Assembly (NCBI GenBank): GCA_965226885.1
Contig: CBDDEL010000009.1
Location: forward strand, 1 to 64,000
Direction: 5' to 3'
DNA from: Opitutales bacterium
GTDB lineage: Bacteria > Verrucomicrobiota > Verrucomicrobiia > Opitutales > UBA2987
Length of the DNA stretch: 64,000 bases
Below, piece after piece: positions 31,433-41,886 of this stretch. Within the stretch, counting starts at the first letter, position 1. Every line of letters starts with the position of its first letter. Below the pieces are notes generated by a model. The model had not been told where the DNA came from. It searched no databases and was given only the letters and a program-made list of their open reading frames with translations. Made by a program: the position numbers and the translations under genes.

Positions 31433-33715
31433 ATGCCTATGTCGGCGGTAACAAAGCGGGTTCGGCTTAGTCCCGATGAGCTTTACCAGCTCAAGTGGAT
31501 GATCGGCGGGCTGCTCTCGCTGGTCTCCCTCTGGACCATTGCTTATCTGGATTTGAACAGCGGCATTCTCCTCGCCGTGGCGGCCTTCTGCATCACGGCA
31601 ACGTTGTTGTTCCCGGCCCTGCCTGGGAAGATACCGGCCTTTGCCTGGAACATGGTTACCCCATTGTTGATTCTGGCCATCATCACCGATTTCATTCTCT
31701 CCCGGCCGGATATCATACCCCCGCTGGTGCGGATGGTATTGATGCTGGTCATGGTGCGTTCCCTGCAATACCGGCGCCGCCGGGAGGATATGCAGTTGAT
31801 TTTGCTTTGCCTGTTCATCGTCGTGATATCCGGAGTTCTCACCCTTTCTTTGACCTTCGCCCTGCAAATCCTCCTTTTCACACCCTGTGCCATGGGATTG
31901 CTCTTCGTCATTAACCTGACGGAGTCCTGCGACAGGGGCTCGGAAATTCCGGCCGGGCTTTGGGATGAATTTCGTCTCGGTCATTTTCTCAAACGCACCC
32001 TGCTGGTCATCGACATGCGGCTTTTGGGCATTGCCGTCCTGCTCTTTGCCGTGGTGGTGGTGGTTTCATCACTGATTTTTCTATTTATACCGAGGTTCCG
32101 CCTGGATCAGGCAATACCCTTTTTTAATCTCAAGGGGAAAGCTCGATCAGGATTTACTGCCAGCATCGATTTCGGGGACGTGGCCGAAATTATCGAAGAT
32201 GACAGCGTGGCCCTGCGGGTGGATTTACCGGATGAAGGAGTGGCGGAGGTGCCCATCAATCCTTATTGGCGAATGGTAGTCCTGGACGAATACTTCAACC
32301 GCTCCTTCCGCATGTCTTATTCGGCCAAGCGTAAAAATCGCATCTATTCCGACCAGCAATTTTTTATGAAGGGCCCCCCGGGATCGAAGTGGGAGGAAAA
32401 CAGCCCCAACAAATGGACTTTTTATCTAGAGGGCGGCATCAGCAAATTCCTGCCGGTTGTCGGGCCATTCTACTCAATTCGGTTTCAAACACGAAAAGAT
32501 GTGGAATTCAACGAAATCCTCAACCTGGCGGGCACCACCAACATCAGCAGCAGCGTTCTTTTTTACCAGATCGGTCAGATGGAGCCGACCGATACCGTGC
32601 CCGCCCATACGATATTGAGAGGGGACAAGCCCCTGGCGGAAATGGAAACCGTGTTTCTCGATCCGGAAAAAAGCAGCCAACCGAAAAAAATCACCTACCC
32701 GCAGACCACCCTTGCCGTGCCCGGCGGTCTGGCCAACTTGGATATTCTCGAATCCACCGTAGCCGCCATAACCGGTAGCGAGAAACTGGATGCCCTCGAA
32801 TTCAGCGCGCGGGCCGTGGATTACCTGCGCAGCCGTCACGGCTACACTTTAAACATATCCATCCCGCCCGGAAAAGCAGATGAGCTGGTGCGGTGGCTCG
32901 GTTCAGCCGAGCCTGGGCATTGCGAGTTGTTCGCCGGCTCCTTTGCTCTCCTGGCTCGCCTGGCAGGAATTCCCACCCGCCTGGTGACGGGTTTCCGGGG
33001 AGGCTCCTGGAGCGGATTCGAAAATTACTATATGGTGCGTAATAGTGACGCTCATGCCTGGTGCGAGGTGTATGACGGCCAAGGCAACTGGTTGAGGGTC
33101 GATCCCACCCCCGGAGGAGGCCGCCTGGGCGACGCCCAATCCTCCTCCCTACAGGATCGTTTGATTGTCGATACCTCCTGGGGCGCCTATTTTGACAGCC
33201 TGCGTATCCTCTGGTACCGGCGCATCGTAAACTTCGACAAGGATCAGCTGGATGAGATGGCGAGCAAATTCAAGATGGCCGGAACCGAGACCATGAATAC
33301 ACTCAAACTTCTTTTTGATGATCGCCTGGACGCCATCAAATACTGGTTCGCCCAACCTTGGAGTGGGAGTCATTGGGTGCGGGCCGGGGTCATAGTCCTC
33401 ATAATGGCGGTAATCTATTTGCTGATTCGAAACCTTGGATGGTGGCTGCCCGTCATTTACCGTGAAGCCAAATTTTTCGGTATCGATCTAAAAAGCGACC
33501 CGATTCGCAAAAAGGCGGGCAAGCTGGTCGTTCGGTTTCGCGCCCATAATCAGGCTCAATCTGTTTCCCAAGCCGAGGAAATCTACCCCCGTGATTGGGA
33601 GCGTGTTTATGGGCATTTGCTTGCTCTACGTTTTGGAGACAGCCGCTTCCGCCCCCCTCACCGGCCGGTTTTCAAACAAGCCCGCAACCTCCTCAAACTC
33701 CCTCCCACTCTCTAG
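31433..33715 (+). CDS. TgpA-like membrane transglutaminase (DUF3488 plus transglutaminase core)
   Basis: Multi-TM N-terminus; GHCELFA, AHAWCEVY and VDPTP catalytic motifs. Confidence 0.9.
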   Translation: MPMSAVTKRVRLSPDELYQLKWMIGGLLSLVSLWTIAYLDLNSGILLAVAAFCITATLLFPALPGKIPAFAWNMVTPLLILAIITDFILSRPDIIPPLVRMVLMLVMVRSLQYRRRREDMQLILLCLFIVVISGVLTLSLTFALQILLFTPCAMGLLFVINLTESCDRGSEIPAGLWDEFRLGHFLKRTLLVIDMRLLGIAVLLFAVVVVVSSLIFLFIPRFRLDQAIPFFNLKGKARSGFTASIDFGDVAEIIEDDSVALRVDLPDEGVAEVPINPYWRMVVLDEYFNRSFRMSYSAKRKNRIYSDQQFFMKGPPGSKWEENSPNKWTFYLEGGISKFLPVVGPFYSIRFQTRKDVEFNEILNLAGTTNISSSVLFYQIGQMEPTDTVPAHTILRGDKPLAEMETVFLDPEKSSQPKKITYPQTTLAVPGGLANLDILESTVAAITGSEKLDALEFSARAVDYLRSRHGYTLNISIPPGKADELVRWLGSAEPGHCELFAGSFALLARLAGIPTRLVTGFRGGSWSGFENYYMVRNSDAHAWCEVYDGQGNWLRVDPTPGGGRLGDAQSSSLQDRLIVDTSWGAYFDSLRILWYRRIVNFDKDQLDEMASKFKMAGTETMNTLKLLFDDRLDAIKYWFAQPWSGSHWVRAGVIVLIMAVIYLLIRNLGWWLPVIYREAKFFGIDLKSDPIRKKAGKLVVRFRAHNQAQSVSQAEEIYPRDWERVYGHLLALRFGDSRFRPPHRPVFKQARNLLKLPPTL

Positions 33716-33763
33716 AAACAGGAATCAGGCTTGGGTAGTATGCAAATTTTTCATGAAACCCGA

Positions 33764-35686
33764 TTACCTCGTGGCCAGGTTTCCCGTTGCGGGTTTGTTT
33801 TTTTGAAAATAGGCTTGGAGGACTTTATTGGCTACCGGGGCGGCATGGCTTCCGCCGCCGTAGAGGTATTTGGGATCGGTGCTCTCGACTACCGTGGCGA
33901 TGGCGATTTGGGGATCGTCGATGGGGGCATAGCAGATAAACCAGGCCATAGTTAATTTGACGCCGTCAACCTGGGTTTGGGCGGTCCCTGTTTTGCCCGC
34001 GATGCGGATGCCGGGGATATGTGCCAGGCGCGCGCTGCCAGTGAGCAAACCGCGGTCCCGGCCCGAAACGGCCATTTCCATGCCCCTGACAATTCCGTTA
34101 TAAAGTTCTTCCGTCAGGTCTATTTTCCCGCCGCCGTGCCGTATCCGGCGCGGGTCGATGGTCGGATCGAAGAGGAGGGTGGGGCGCGTTCGCGTTTCAC
34201 GCCTGGCAAAGGAGGCGGTGAAGGCGGCCATTTGCAGGGGGGTGACCAGAAGATAGCCCTGCCCGATGGCGATATTGGCAGTGTCGCCCGCCATCCAGGG
34301 GCCGTGCTGCCGAGTTTCTTTATACTTGGGGTTGGGCACAATCATGCGTTTGGTTTCATTGGGCAATTCGATTCCCGTTGGTTGATCGAGCCCGAACTGG
34401 CGGGCGGTTTTGTTGATTTGGTCTATGCCGGTGCGCAGCCCAATGCTTTGGAAATAAACATTGCAGCTTTTCATGATGGCCCTCGTGAAACCGATTTCTC
34501 CTCGATCCCGATGGTTGTTGCAGGGGAAGCTGCGATTGCCCACCCGCAACGAGCCCCAGCAGTCGAAAACAGTTTCCAGGTCAATGACGCCGCTGTTTAA
34601 GGCGGCAGTCGCCACCACGATCTTAAAACTGGAGCCTGGGGCATAAAGGCCGGCGATGGCGCGATTGAGCCAGGCTCCTTTTTCATTGATGCGGCGATAG
34701 ACTTGATTGGGAATGTAGGGGCTGAGGCTGTTGAGGTCGAAATCGGGTTTGCTGGCCAGGGCCAGGATTTCGCCGGTTTTGACATCGAGAGCCGCGAGGG
34801 CGCCTTTGTTTTTGCCCAGCGCTTCTTCGGCTGCCTGCTGCAAGTCGATATCGATGGTGATGGTGAGGTCGCTTCCTTTGGCGGGAAGTTTTTGCCGGGC
34901 TAGTTGGTATCGAAAACCCGAAGGGTCCACCACCCAGATTTCACCGCCACTGATGCCTTGTAAATGCTCGTCGAATTGCCTCTCCAAGCCCGTGCGCCCC
35001 GTTTTGCCCTTGAAAGTTATAGTGGTGAGGTCGTTGCCGGGCACTCCCTCCTCCGGAACTTCGAAGGTTGAGCCAACAAAACCCAGGGTATGAGCGGCGC
35101 TTGAGCCGTAGGGATAGTAACGGGCGCTTTCGGTGTGGATTTGAATTGGGGAATTTACCGGTATTTGCTCGATTAGCCGGGCGAATTCGCTTAACTCCAA
35201 ATCTTTGATCAGCGCCTTGGGCAGAAGCAGGTTTTGGCGAAAATGCCGCTCGACTTCGTCGCGGTCCACCTGGTCATTTCTGCCCAGGATATGGTTAACC
35301 CGGTCGAGGTATATTTGCACCACTGCGCTACGAGCTTCCACTTGCAGATCATGGCTGTCGATTTTAGCATTGCCTGGGCGGATTTCGCGGACCAACTCTA
35401 TGTATTTGCGGCGAAACTCGGGGCGGAGTTCGTTGAGGTAAACAACGGCGGAAAAACGAGGGCGGTTGCCGACCAGCAAACGACCATTGCGATCATAGAT
35501 ATTCCCGCGCGGGCCGGGCACCAGAATGCGCCGCAGATTCTGCTTTTTTTCCTGTTCGCGATAGACGGGCCACAGAATAACCTGCCGGTAGAAAAGCCCC
35601 CCCGAGAGAACCAAAAATAAAATGGCGAATATGAGGTAAAAGACCCGTAAACGCGGGTTGAAATTTTTATAGACCTCGAAAAGCAT
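33764..35686 (-). CDS. mrdA: Penicillin-binding protein 2
   Basis: RGNIYDRNG, PGSSFK (SxxK), SCN and KTGT motifs; follows mreBCD. Confidence 0.92.
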   Translation of the reverse strand: MLFEVYKNFNPRLRVFYLIFAILFLVLSGGLFYRQVILWPVYREQEKKQNLRRILVPGPRGNIYDRNGRLLVGNRPRFSAVVYLNELRPEFRRKYIELVREIRPGNAKIDSHDLQVEARSAVVQIYLDRVNHILGRNDQVDRDEVERHFRQNLLLPKALIKDLELSEFARLIEQIPVNSPIQIHTESARYYPYGSSAAHTLGFVGSTFEVPEEGVPGNDLTTITFKGKTGRTGLERQFDEHLQGISGGEIWVVDPSGFRYQLARQKLPAKGSDLTITIDIDLQQAAEEALGKNKGALAALDVKTGEILALASKPDFDLNSLSPYIPNQVYRRINEKGAWLNRAIAGLYAPGSSFKIVVATAALNSGVIDLETVFDCWGSLRVGNRSFPCNNHRDRGEIGFTRAIMKSCNVYFQSIGLRTGIDQINKTARQFGLDQPTGIELPNETKRMIVPNPKYKETRQHGPWMAGDTANIAIGQGYLLVTPLQMAAFTASFARRETRTRPTLLFDPTIDPRRIRHGGGKIDLTEELYNGIVRGMEMAVSGRDRGLLTGSARLAHIPGIRIAGKTGTAQTQVDGVKLTMAWFICYAPIDDPQIAIATVVESTDPKYLYGGGSHAAPVANKVLQAYFQKNKPATGNLATR

Positions 35687-35787
35687 TTTTTGCCTATTCT
35701 GGATTCAAGATGAAGGATGGTGGATGTTCACCCTATATATAGAGTATCTTGCATCCTGCATCTTGTATCCAGCAACTCTTTGTTGAT

Positions 35788-36315
35788 TTAAAATCGCCGC
35801 AATTCGGCCCCGACATCGATTTCCCACATGAGGAGGGTCTTTCTTTGGAGGTTCAACCACCAGCTGGCCAAAAGCGCCAGGGCTAGTTGCGAGAGGGCCA
35901 GATCGCATAAAAAGCGGAGCCAAAATGCCGATTGCATAAGCAGATCCTGGCCGGCTGTAAGTGATAGGCCCAGCATGATAAATAAATTGCACCACAGGGC
36001 CGCCAGTAATACATGGCGAGGGTTTTCACGACGAAACACCCGGCGCATTTTTTGGAGGAAAGCGAGAGTCCCAAAAATTAAAATGACATGAATCCCAAAG
36101 GGAACCGGGAGAGCGGCATCGACGAACAGCGCCGTGAGGAGGCCGATCAATAAAGCCTGGCCGGGCTTGAGGTAGAAAAATGCGAATAACAAAAAGAGGG
36201 CATCCAGGGAAATATGGAGAGAAAGAGGGGCCAAGGCCTCGTTGACCTGGTTGAGGACAAAATAAAGCAGGCCGTTGGCGAGCAGGATTATGAGGGTGCG
36301 TCTATCGTCGTTCAT
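35788..36315 (-). CDS. mreD: Rod shape-determining protein MreD-like membrane protein
   Basis: Hydrophobic 175-aa protein between mreC and mrdA, overlapping the mreC stop. Confidence 0.7.
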   Translation of the reverse strand: MNDDRRTLIILLANGLLYFVLNQVNEALAPLSLHISLDALFLLFAFFYLKPGQALLIGLLTALFVDAALPVPFGIHVILIFGTLAFLQKMRRVFRRENPRHVLLAALWCNLFIMLGLSLTAGQDLLMQSAFWLRFLCDLALSQLALALLASWWLNLQRKTLLMWEIDVGAELRRF

Positions 36316-37151
36316 CGATTGTCAGCGGAATTTATTGGCACAAGAACGGCGACTTCCTTGAGGCTGTGGAGTTCTTTATTGAGTCGGGGCCGGCCGCTTT
36401 GGAAAAGTCCGTCGGGGCTTGTCGTGAGCCGATTCACCCAGCCGATGGTGAGACCATCGGGAAAGACGCCGCCCAGCCGAGAGGAGGCCAGTCTGCGTGG
36501 GGCGGATGCGGTCAGCACCACATCGGGGGGCACATTCATGACTTTGCCTCTTGGGCTGGTGAATGGAAGGTTGATCGCTCCCTGGTAGGTGACCGGTCTT
36601 TCATCGTTGTCGAATTGAGCAGCCATGCGAAAGTTTGGGCTGGTGACTAACTCAACGACTGACGTATAGGCGCGCACCTCGCGTACCCTGCCCGCTACGC
36701 CGCCGGAGAATACCACGGCAGCCCCATCGGGAATTCCGTGCCATCTGCCTTTCTGGATGATCATCTGCTGCCACCAGGTGCTTTGATCCCTGCGCACCAC
36801 GCGGGCAATCTTGTGCTCAAACAGGGGAACGGGAGGAAGAGCGAGAATTTTTTCCACCCGTGACAACTCTTGGCGAAGGGAATCGATTTCCTGGAGCTTC
36901 AACTCATAGGCGGAGTTAAGGCGCGCCAAGTCGCGGCCCGCGTCATAGAGTTCCGTTTTGGAATGAGCCTTAAGAGCCCAGGTATCGCTAAAATTTTTAA
37001 ATCCCGCTGCCGTCAGCCATAGCGGGGCCTGGAATTCATAAAATCCGGCCCGGGCAAAGGATTTGAAAACGGTCGGTAAAAGCAGCCAGACCAGTGCAAT
37101 GCCCAGCAAATATACTATCGGTTTGGCCGCTTGAGGAATATATCTGGCCAA
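36312..37151 (-). CDS. mreC: Rod shape-determining protein MreC
   Basis: TM plus coiled coil; SSRLGGVFPDGLTIG; operon position. Confidence 0.88.
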   Translation of the reverse strand: MARYIPQAAKPIVYLLGIALVWLLLPTVFKSFARAGFYEFQAPLWLTAAGFKNFSDTWALKAHSKTELYDAGRDLARLNSAYELKLQEIDSLRQELSRVEKILALPPVPLFEHKIARVVRRDQSTWWQQMIIQKGRWHGIPDGAAVVFSGGVAGRVREVRAYTSVVELVTSPNFRMAAQFDNDERPVTYQGAINLPFTSPRGKVMNVPPDVVLTASAPRRLASSRLGGVFPDGLTIGWVNRLTTSPDGLFQSGRPRLNKELHSLKEVAVLVPINSADNR

Positions 37152-37173
37152 TGTTCGGGAGTGGGTTTAGAGA

Positions 37174-38202
37174 TCAATAGGTCCGGGCGGTCCGGGCTCT
37201 GGTATCATCAAGGTTTTGAATGACAATACCGGTGCCGTTGGCCACAGCGCTCAGAGGATCTTCGCCAACCATGACCGGCAAGCCGGTGGCGTCGCTCAAC
37301 AATTTATCCAGGCCACGGATGAGGGAACCGCCCCCGGCGAGGAAAAAACCACGGTCCACGAGGTCGGCAGAGAGTTCGGGGGGACAGCGTTCGAGGGCGT
37401 TGCGGACCAATTCTATCATCGCGTTGAAGGTGTCGACGAGGGCTTCGCGAATTTCCTGGGAGGAGATTTGCAGGGTTTTGGGTAAGCCTGCGGATGAATC
37501 GCGGCCCTTGATTTCCAGCGTTAATTCCTCATCCAGAGGAGTTGCCGAACCGATGCGAATTTTGATTTCCTCCGCCATACGCTCCCCGATGACCAGGTTG
37601 TAGGCTCTTTTCACGTAATTTATGATGGCCGTGTCCATCTCGTCACCGCCGACCCGGACGCTCTTGGTGTAAACGACATCGGAATAGGAAATGATGGCCA
37701 CTTCGGTCGTGCCACCGCCAATGTCCACAATCATATTGGCGGTCGGTTCTTCTATCGGGAGCCTAAGGCCGATGGCAGCTGCCATGGGTTCCTGTAGTAG
37801 CATGACCTCTCTGGCGCCTGCATGGGTGGCGGATTCCTTGACCGCGCGGCGTTCCACCTCGGTAATGCCCGAGGGCACGGCGACCACCACGCGGGGCCCG
37901 GCAAAATTGCGGTGCTTGTTGGCTTGCTTGATAAAATGCCGGAGCATGGCCTCGGTGATCTCAAAATCGGCGATGACCCCATCCTTCATGGGGCGAAGAG
38001 CAGTAATGCTGCCTGGGGTGCGCCCCAGCATGCGTTTGGCATGTTCCCCCACGGCCACCACCTTGCGGGTGGTATTGTTGATCGCGACGACGCTTGGCTC
38101 CCGCAAAACTATGCCCCTGTCCTTGACAAAAACAAGGGTATTGGCGGTTCCCAGGTCGATTCCAATATCGTTAGAAAATAAATTGAATAATTTGCCAAAC
38201 AT
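37174..38202 (-). CDS. mreB: Rod shape-determining protein MreB
   Basis: DIGIDLGTANT, VDIGGGTTEVA and LAGGGSL motifs. Confidence 0.97.
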   Translation of the reverse strand: MFGKLFNLFSNDIGIDLGTANTLVFVKDRGIVLREPSVVAINNTTRKVVAVGEHAKRMLGRTPGSITALRPMKDGVIADFEITEAMLRHFIKQANKHRNFAGPRVVVAVPSGITEVERRAVKESATHAGAREVMLLQEPMAAAIGLRLPIEEPTANMIVDIGGGTTEVAIISYSDVVYTKSVRVGGDEMDTAIINYVKRAYNLVIGERMAEEIKIRIGSATPLDEELTLEIKGRDSSAGLPKTLQISSQEIREALVDTFNAMIELVRNALERCPPELSADLVDRGFFLAGGGSLIRGLDKLLSDATGLPVMVGEDPLSAVANGTGIVIQNLDDTRARTARTY

Positions 38203-38321
38203 GCTTGGTTGGTGCTTTTTGAACCGGCTTTGCAGTACTTTTCGGTGTAAATCCTCCTGTTGTCAAAAGAATTTCAATTTTTGGCACTTAAAATTTTACG
38301 GCGTTGGCCAAAGGTCTGTTT

Positions 38322-39215
38322 CTAGGAACTATTTTGTTCTTCCTTAGACCGATATCCTGGCTCATTTTTTCTGGTCTGTCTCTCAGCCAGAATCACAGCC
38401 AGGACCATGAGGCCGCCGCCCGCCAGGAGGCGCGCCAAGTCCGTTTTTTCCCCGAAGATAAAGAGGGAGGCCAATACGGCGAGGGGTATTTTAATGTTGT
38501 TGAATACGGCTAGCGTGCCGGGATTAGTTTCCAGGGCGCCTTTGTTCCAGAGGAAAAAACCCAAACCGGAGGCCAGAAATCCAAGGTAAAGCAGGACAAG
38601 GACCTGCACCCAGGTCAGGTCCATGATATTATGCCAGCCCTGGGTGGCGGTGGTCGTGACCGAGGTTACTATAACCGCGCCCAGATAGAGCAAGGCGTAT
38701 ATTTCCCGGTCCCGCAGATTCTGGTATTGACGGCGAATCCTCCGGTATTCGATCTGGCCGAACGCAAAACACACATTGGAGGCCTGCATGAGGAGAAAGC
38801 CCATCAATATGCCCTGGTATGAGACGGTCTGATAGCGAATCAACCCCGCTCCGATTACGGCCAGCAGAGCCATAGCAAGGTAAAATACTTGCAGTCGGCG
38901 GGCATAAATATCGTTGATGAGCGTCACATAAATGGGAGTAAAAATGGTAAAAAGAGCTACCTGATAAGCCTCCAGGAACCGAAAAGCGTAAAGGTATGCG
39001 CTGTACATGAGGCCAAATTGCACCGCGCCGATGCCGATCAGGCGCATAGTCAGCATCGGGGTCAGCATTTTATGGCGCAAAAAAGGCAGAAACAATGGAA
39101 AGGCCAGGAACATTCGTGACCAGGCCACAAAATTGGGATCGATTCCTTCCAGGTTATGTTTGATCAAACCGAAAGATAATGACCAAATGACGGAAACTAT
39201 GAGCAAACAGACCAC
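38322..39215 (-). CDS. EamA/DMT family transporter
   Basis: About 10 TM helices in two repeats; IWSLSFGLIK N-terminus. Confidence 0.85.
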   Translation of the reverse strand: MVCLLIVSVIWSLSFGLIKHNLEGIDPNFVAWSRMFLAFPLFLPFLRHKMLTPMLTMRLIGIGAVQFGLMYSAYLYAFRFLEAYQVALFTIFTPIYVTLINDIYARRLQVFYLAMALLAVIGAGLIRYQTVSYQGILMGFLLMQASNVCFAFGQIEYRRIRRQYQNLRDREIYALLYLGAVIVTSVTTTATQGWHNIMDLTWVQVLVLLYLGFLASGLGFFLWNKGALETNPGTLAVFNNIKIPLAVLASLFIFGEKTDLARLLAGGGLMVLAVILAERQTRKNEPGYRSKEEQNSS

Positions 39216-39291
39216 GCGGAAGCCATCCTAGGTGGAAATATCCAGAAAATAAATTAAAAAATTCAACCAGCCGACTTGAAGCTGAAGAGGC

Positions 39292-39819
39292 CTAGGAAAG
39301 CGATTTTGCATAACGGACAATTACATCGACAAGCTCTTCGATGCGCTTGCTTACCTCTGTGTCAACCAGGCGCCCGTTTTCGAAAGAGGGGCCCATCGCG
39401 AAAACGAATCGAGGAACAATCAGACAGCGGTAATCGAGCATCAGGCTATTGGCAAAGGCCATTATAGACATGTAGCTGCCTTGCCCTCCAGCAGCGCAAA
39501 TGAAACCGACCACTTTATCCGTCCATCCCTGCCCCGTCAGTTCCAAAAAGTTTTTGGCGGTGGAGTTGACATCGAAATTGTAGATGGGTGTGGCCATTAG
39601 AATACAGTCGGCATCTGCCACCATGGCCGCCGCCTTGATGGTATTGGGGTGACCATAACAGGTTTTTCCATCGCAAGGCGGCAGTTCCAGTTTGGTCAAA
39701 TCCAGTAATTCACCACCACCATGTGCGCCCGAACTTTGCAGGTGAGTGAATGCATGCCGCGCCAAAATGGCACTTCGGCTTTGCGGATTGAGGCTAGTGC
39801 TGACAATCAATAGGCTCAT
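39292..39819 (-). CDS. NADPH-dependent FMN reductase
   Basis: STSLNPQSRS, ATPIYN and AAGG motifs of the flavodoxin-like FMN reductase family. Confidence 0.85.
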   Translation of the reverse strand: MSLLIVSTSLNPQSRSAILARHAFTHLQSSGAHGGGELLDLTKLELPPCDGKTCYGHPNTIKAAAMVADADCILMATPIYNFDVNSTAKNFLELTGQGWTDKVVGFICAAGGQGSYMSIMAFANSLMLDYRCLIVPRFVFAMGPSFENGRLVDTEVSKRIEELVDVIVRYAKSLS

Positions 39820-39932
39820 AATGATAGATGCGGAATACGAAAAATGATGCAAGAACCAGGATACAAGATGAAGGATGCTGGATGCAAGATAATGGATGTT
39901 GGTTTCAGGACTCGAATATTCCTGTTACTTTT

Positions 39933-40052
39933 TCATAGTTTGGCCAAGATTAGCTCGATACCGAAATAAATCAGGGCCAATCCCATCAAACGTGTGGCCC
40001 ATAATTGAAACCGCGCGAGGGTACCGCTCATTTTGGGGTGAGTGGCTATATA
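39933..40052 (-). pseudogene. 3' remnant of a LysE-like membrane protein
   Basis: Reads YIATHPKMSGTLARFQLWATRLMGLALIYFGIELILAKL*, truncated at the IS end. Confidence 0.5.
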
Positions 40053-41886
40053 GAGGCTGTCCCAAAAGGGTGATTTTTGCGAGGGCTTTTGATAGGCGCT
40101 CATTTTAGAGGTATTTGCATTTGGGAGAGTATCAACTTTGCTCTCCTATGACGTTAGGATACTGGTTTTGGGGTCCGGTTGCCTGGTTTTCTTTGTATGA
40201 GCCGACAGTACGGCTGTGAAAAAGTATTGTCCTTGCTTTTCCGCTCTCTAGGCCGCCCCGCTCTCTAGGCCGCCGCTTTGGTTTTTAGTTCGTCTTGCTG
40301 GGCCAGCATCTTGGCTACTTTCCATAGGTTGTGCGAGAGTACCGACCAGGCTACGCTGATCGAGCGGTTGGCAAAGCCTTTGCTGCGCAACCGCCCGGCC
40401 TGCCAGCGATTCTTCAATACCCCGATCCGCCCTTCGGTGCTGGCCCGGCGCTTTTGCAATTGTCTGAACAGTGGTTCCTCCATCCGTTTTTTCAACTGCT
40501 TCGGATCGCGTGGACAGAGCGCGTCGTAGATTCCCTCCTGGGCTAACTGCCGGCGGGCCCGCTGGGAGGCAAATCCCCGGTCCGCGCACATGGCCGCTAT
40601 GGGTTCTTCCAGGTTGAAGCGGTTCTGTCTTTGCAAACTCTCTTGCATTTGTTCATTTTCGCTTGGAGTTCGGCTGCCGTAGAGTTTCCAGTCCAGCAGG
40701 TACCCTTCAACGCTTTCTCCCAAAAACAGGGTGTTGCCGAACTCGACCTCTTGGCCCGCTTTACCTCGCACAATCACCTGCCCATCGAGTTCGTAAACAC
40801 TCAAGACTTTCTCTGCGTTTTTCACCTGGCGGCCGCCAATGATCCGCTCGTGCGCCTGTTTGATGACCACCGGGATTTGCTCGCTCATGCGCTCCATCCG
40901 GGCGAGGATCTGTTGGACCTGTTTTTCGCTGTAATCGCTTTGCTCCCAGCAGGCTTGCAATAATTCCCGGTGACTGCGGGCATGCTCCCCGATCCGTTTG
41001 AGCAGCTTTTTCATCTGCCTCAAGATACCCTTGCGCTGCCGCGCGCTGTCCTTTCGCCGCCGGCTGTGGGTCATCTGTATGCACAGCCGATTCATCTGCC
41101 GAGCCAAGGGCTCCGGTTCGATCGGCATGCGATGGCGCAAACCGGCCTTCTCGCGGATCAGCCGGATCGCTTTGAGCAACGTGCCGGCTACATCCTTGAG
41201 TAATACCCAGTCCGTCGGCCAATGAATGTTAGCCTCCAAACAGGTGCCGTCGATCAGGCAAATGGTGGTGTCAATCGGCTTGTCCAATCCCACCTGCCGG
41301 GCCAGAAGGGCATCGCCCACCACCTCAGTCAAGGTCCGGTGCAAGGCCCTCAACTGCTCTTCGCTGAAAAACTTCGAGGCCCGCTCCAGGGTGCTTTTGG
41401 AGATGCCCCTGATGCCATCGATCTGCCGGACACGGCAAAAGTCGGCCAACAGATCGCTGCTGCCCAGAGCCCGCGACAAATGCCGAAACGAAATCCCTCC
41501 GAGCAGACGGCCCAGCGTATCCATGCGCAGTGCCTTGATGGCAAAACTGGCCCGCTGCCGCCGGGCCTTTAGACCCATTGGCGGCCACCCCTCCAAGGCC
41601 AGCTCAATGGCCTGCGATTCCACCTCCGAGTCGATCAGCAGCCGATCGATTCGATCAATGGTGGCGCGGAAGTTATCGTAATCGAGGCACCGGTCGACCA
41701 CAGTTAAAGCTGGACGCAGGAGGCATTGGATGGCTATATTTTTCATAGAAAGGGCTATATTGATTTTCGCTAACTCAATTATAGAACCCTTTTTTGGCCG
41801 GATCGAGCAAAAACTTGCTCTTTCCGGCTCTTTTTATCAACGTCATCCAGTTGACTATAAAATCTTTATATTTTTGGGACAGCCTC
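40053..41886 (-). mobile_element. IS5/ISNCY-like element copy 2, intact transposase 40265-41746 (493 aa)
   Basis: IR GAGGCTGTCCCAAAA; TATATA on both sides; DGTCLEANIHWPTD, RGKAG..VEFG and ADRGF motifs. Confidence 0.9.
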
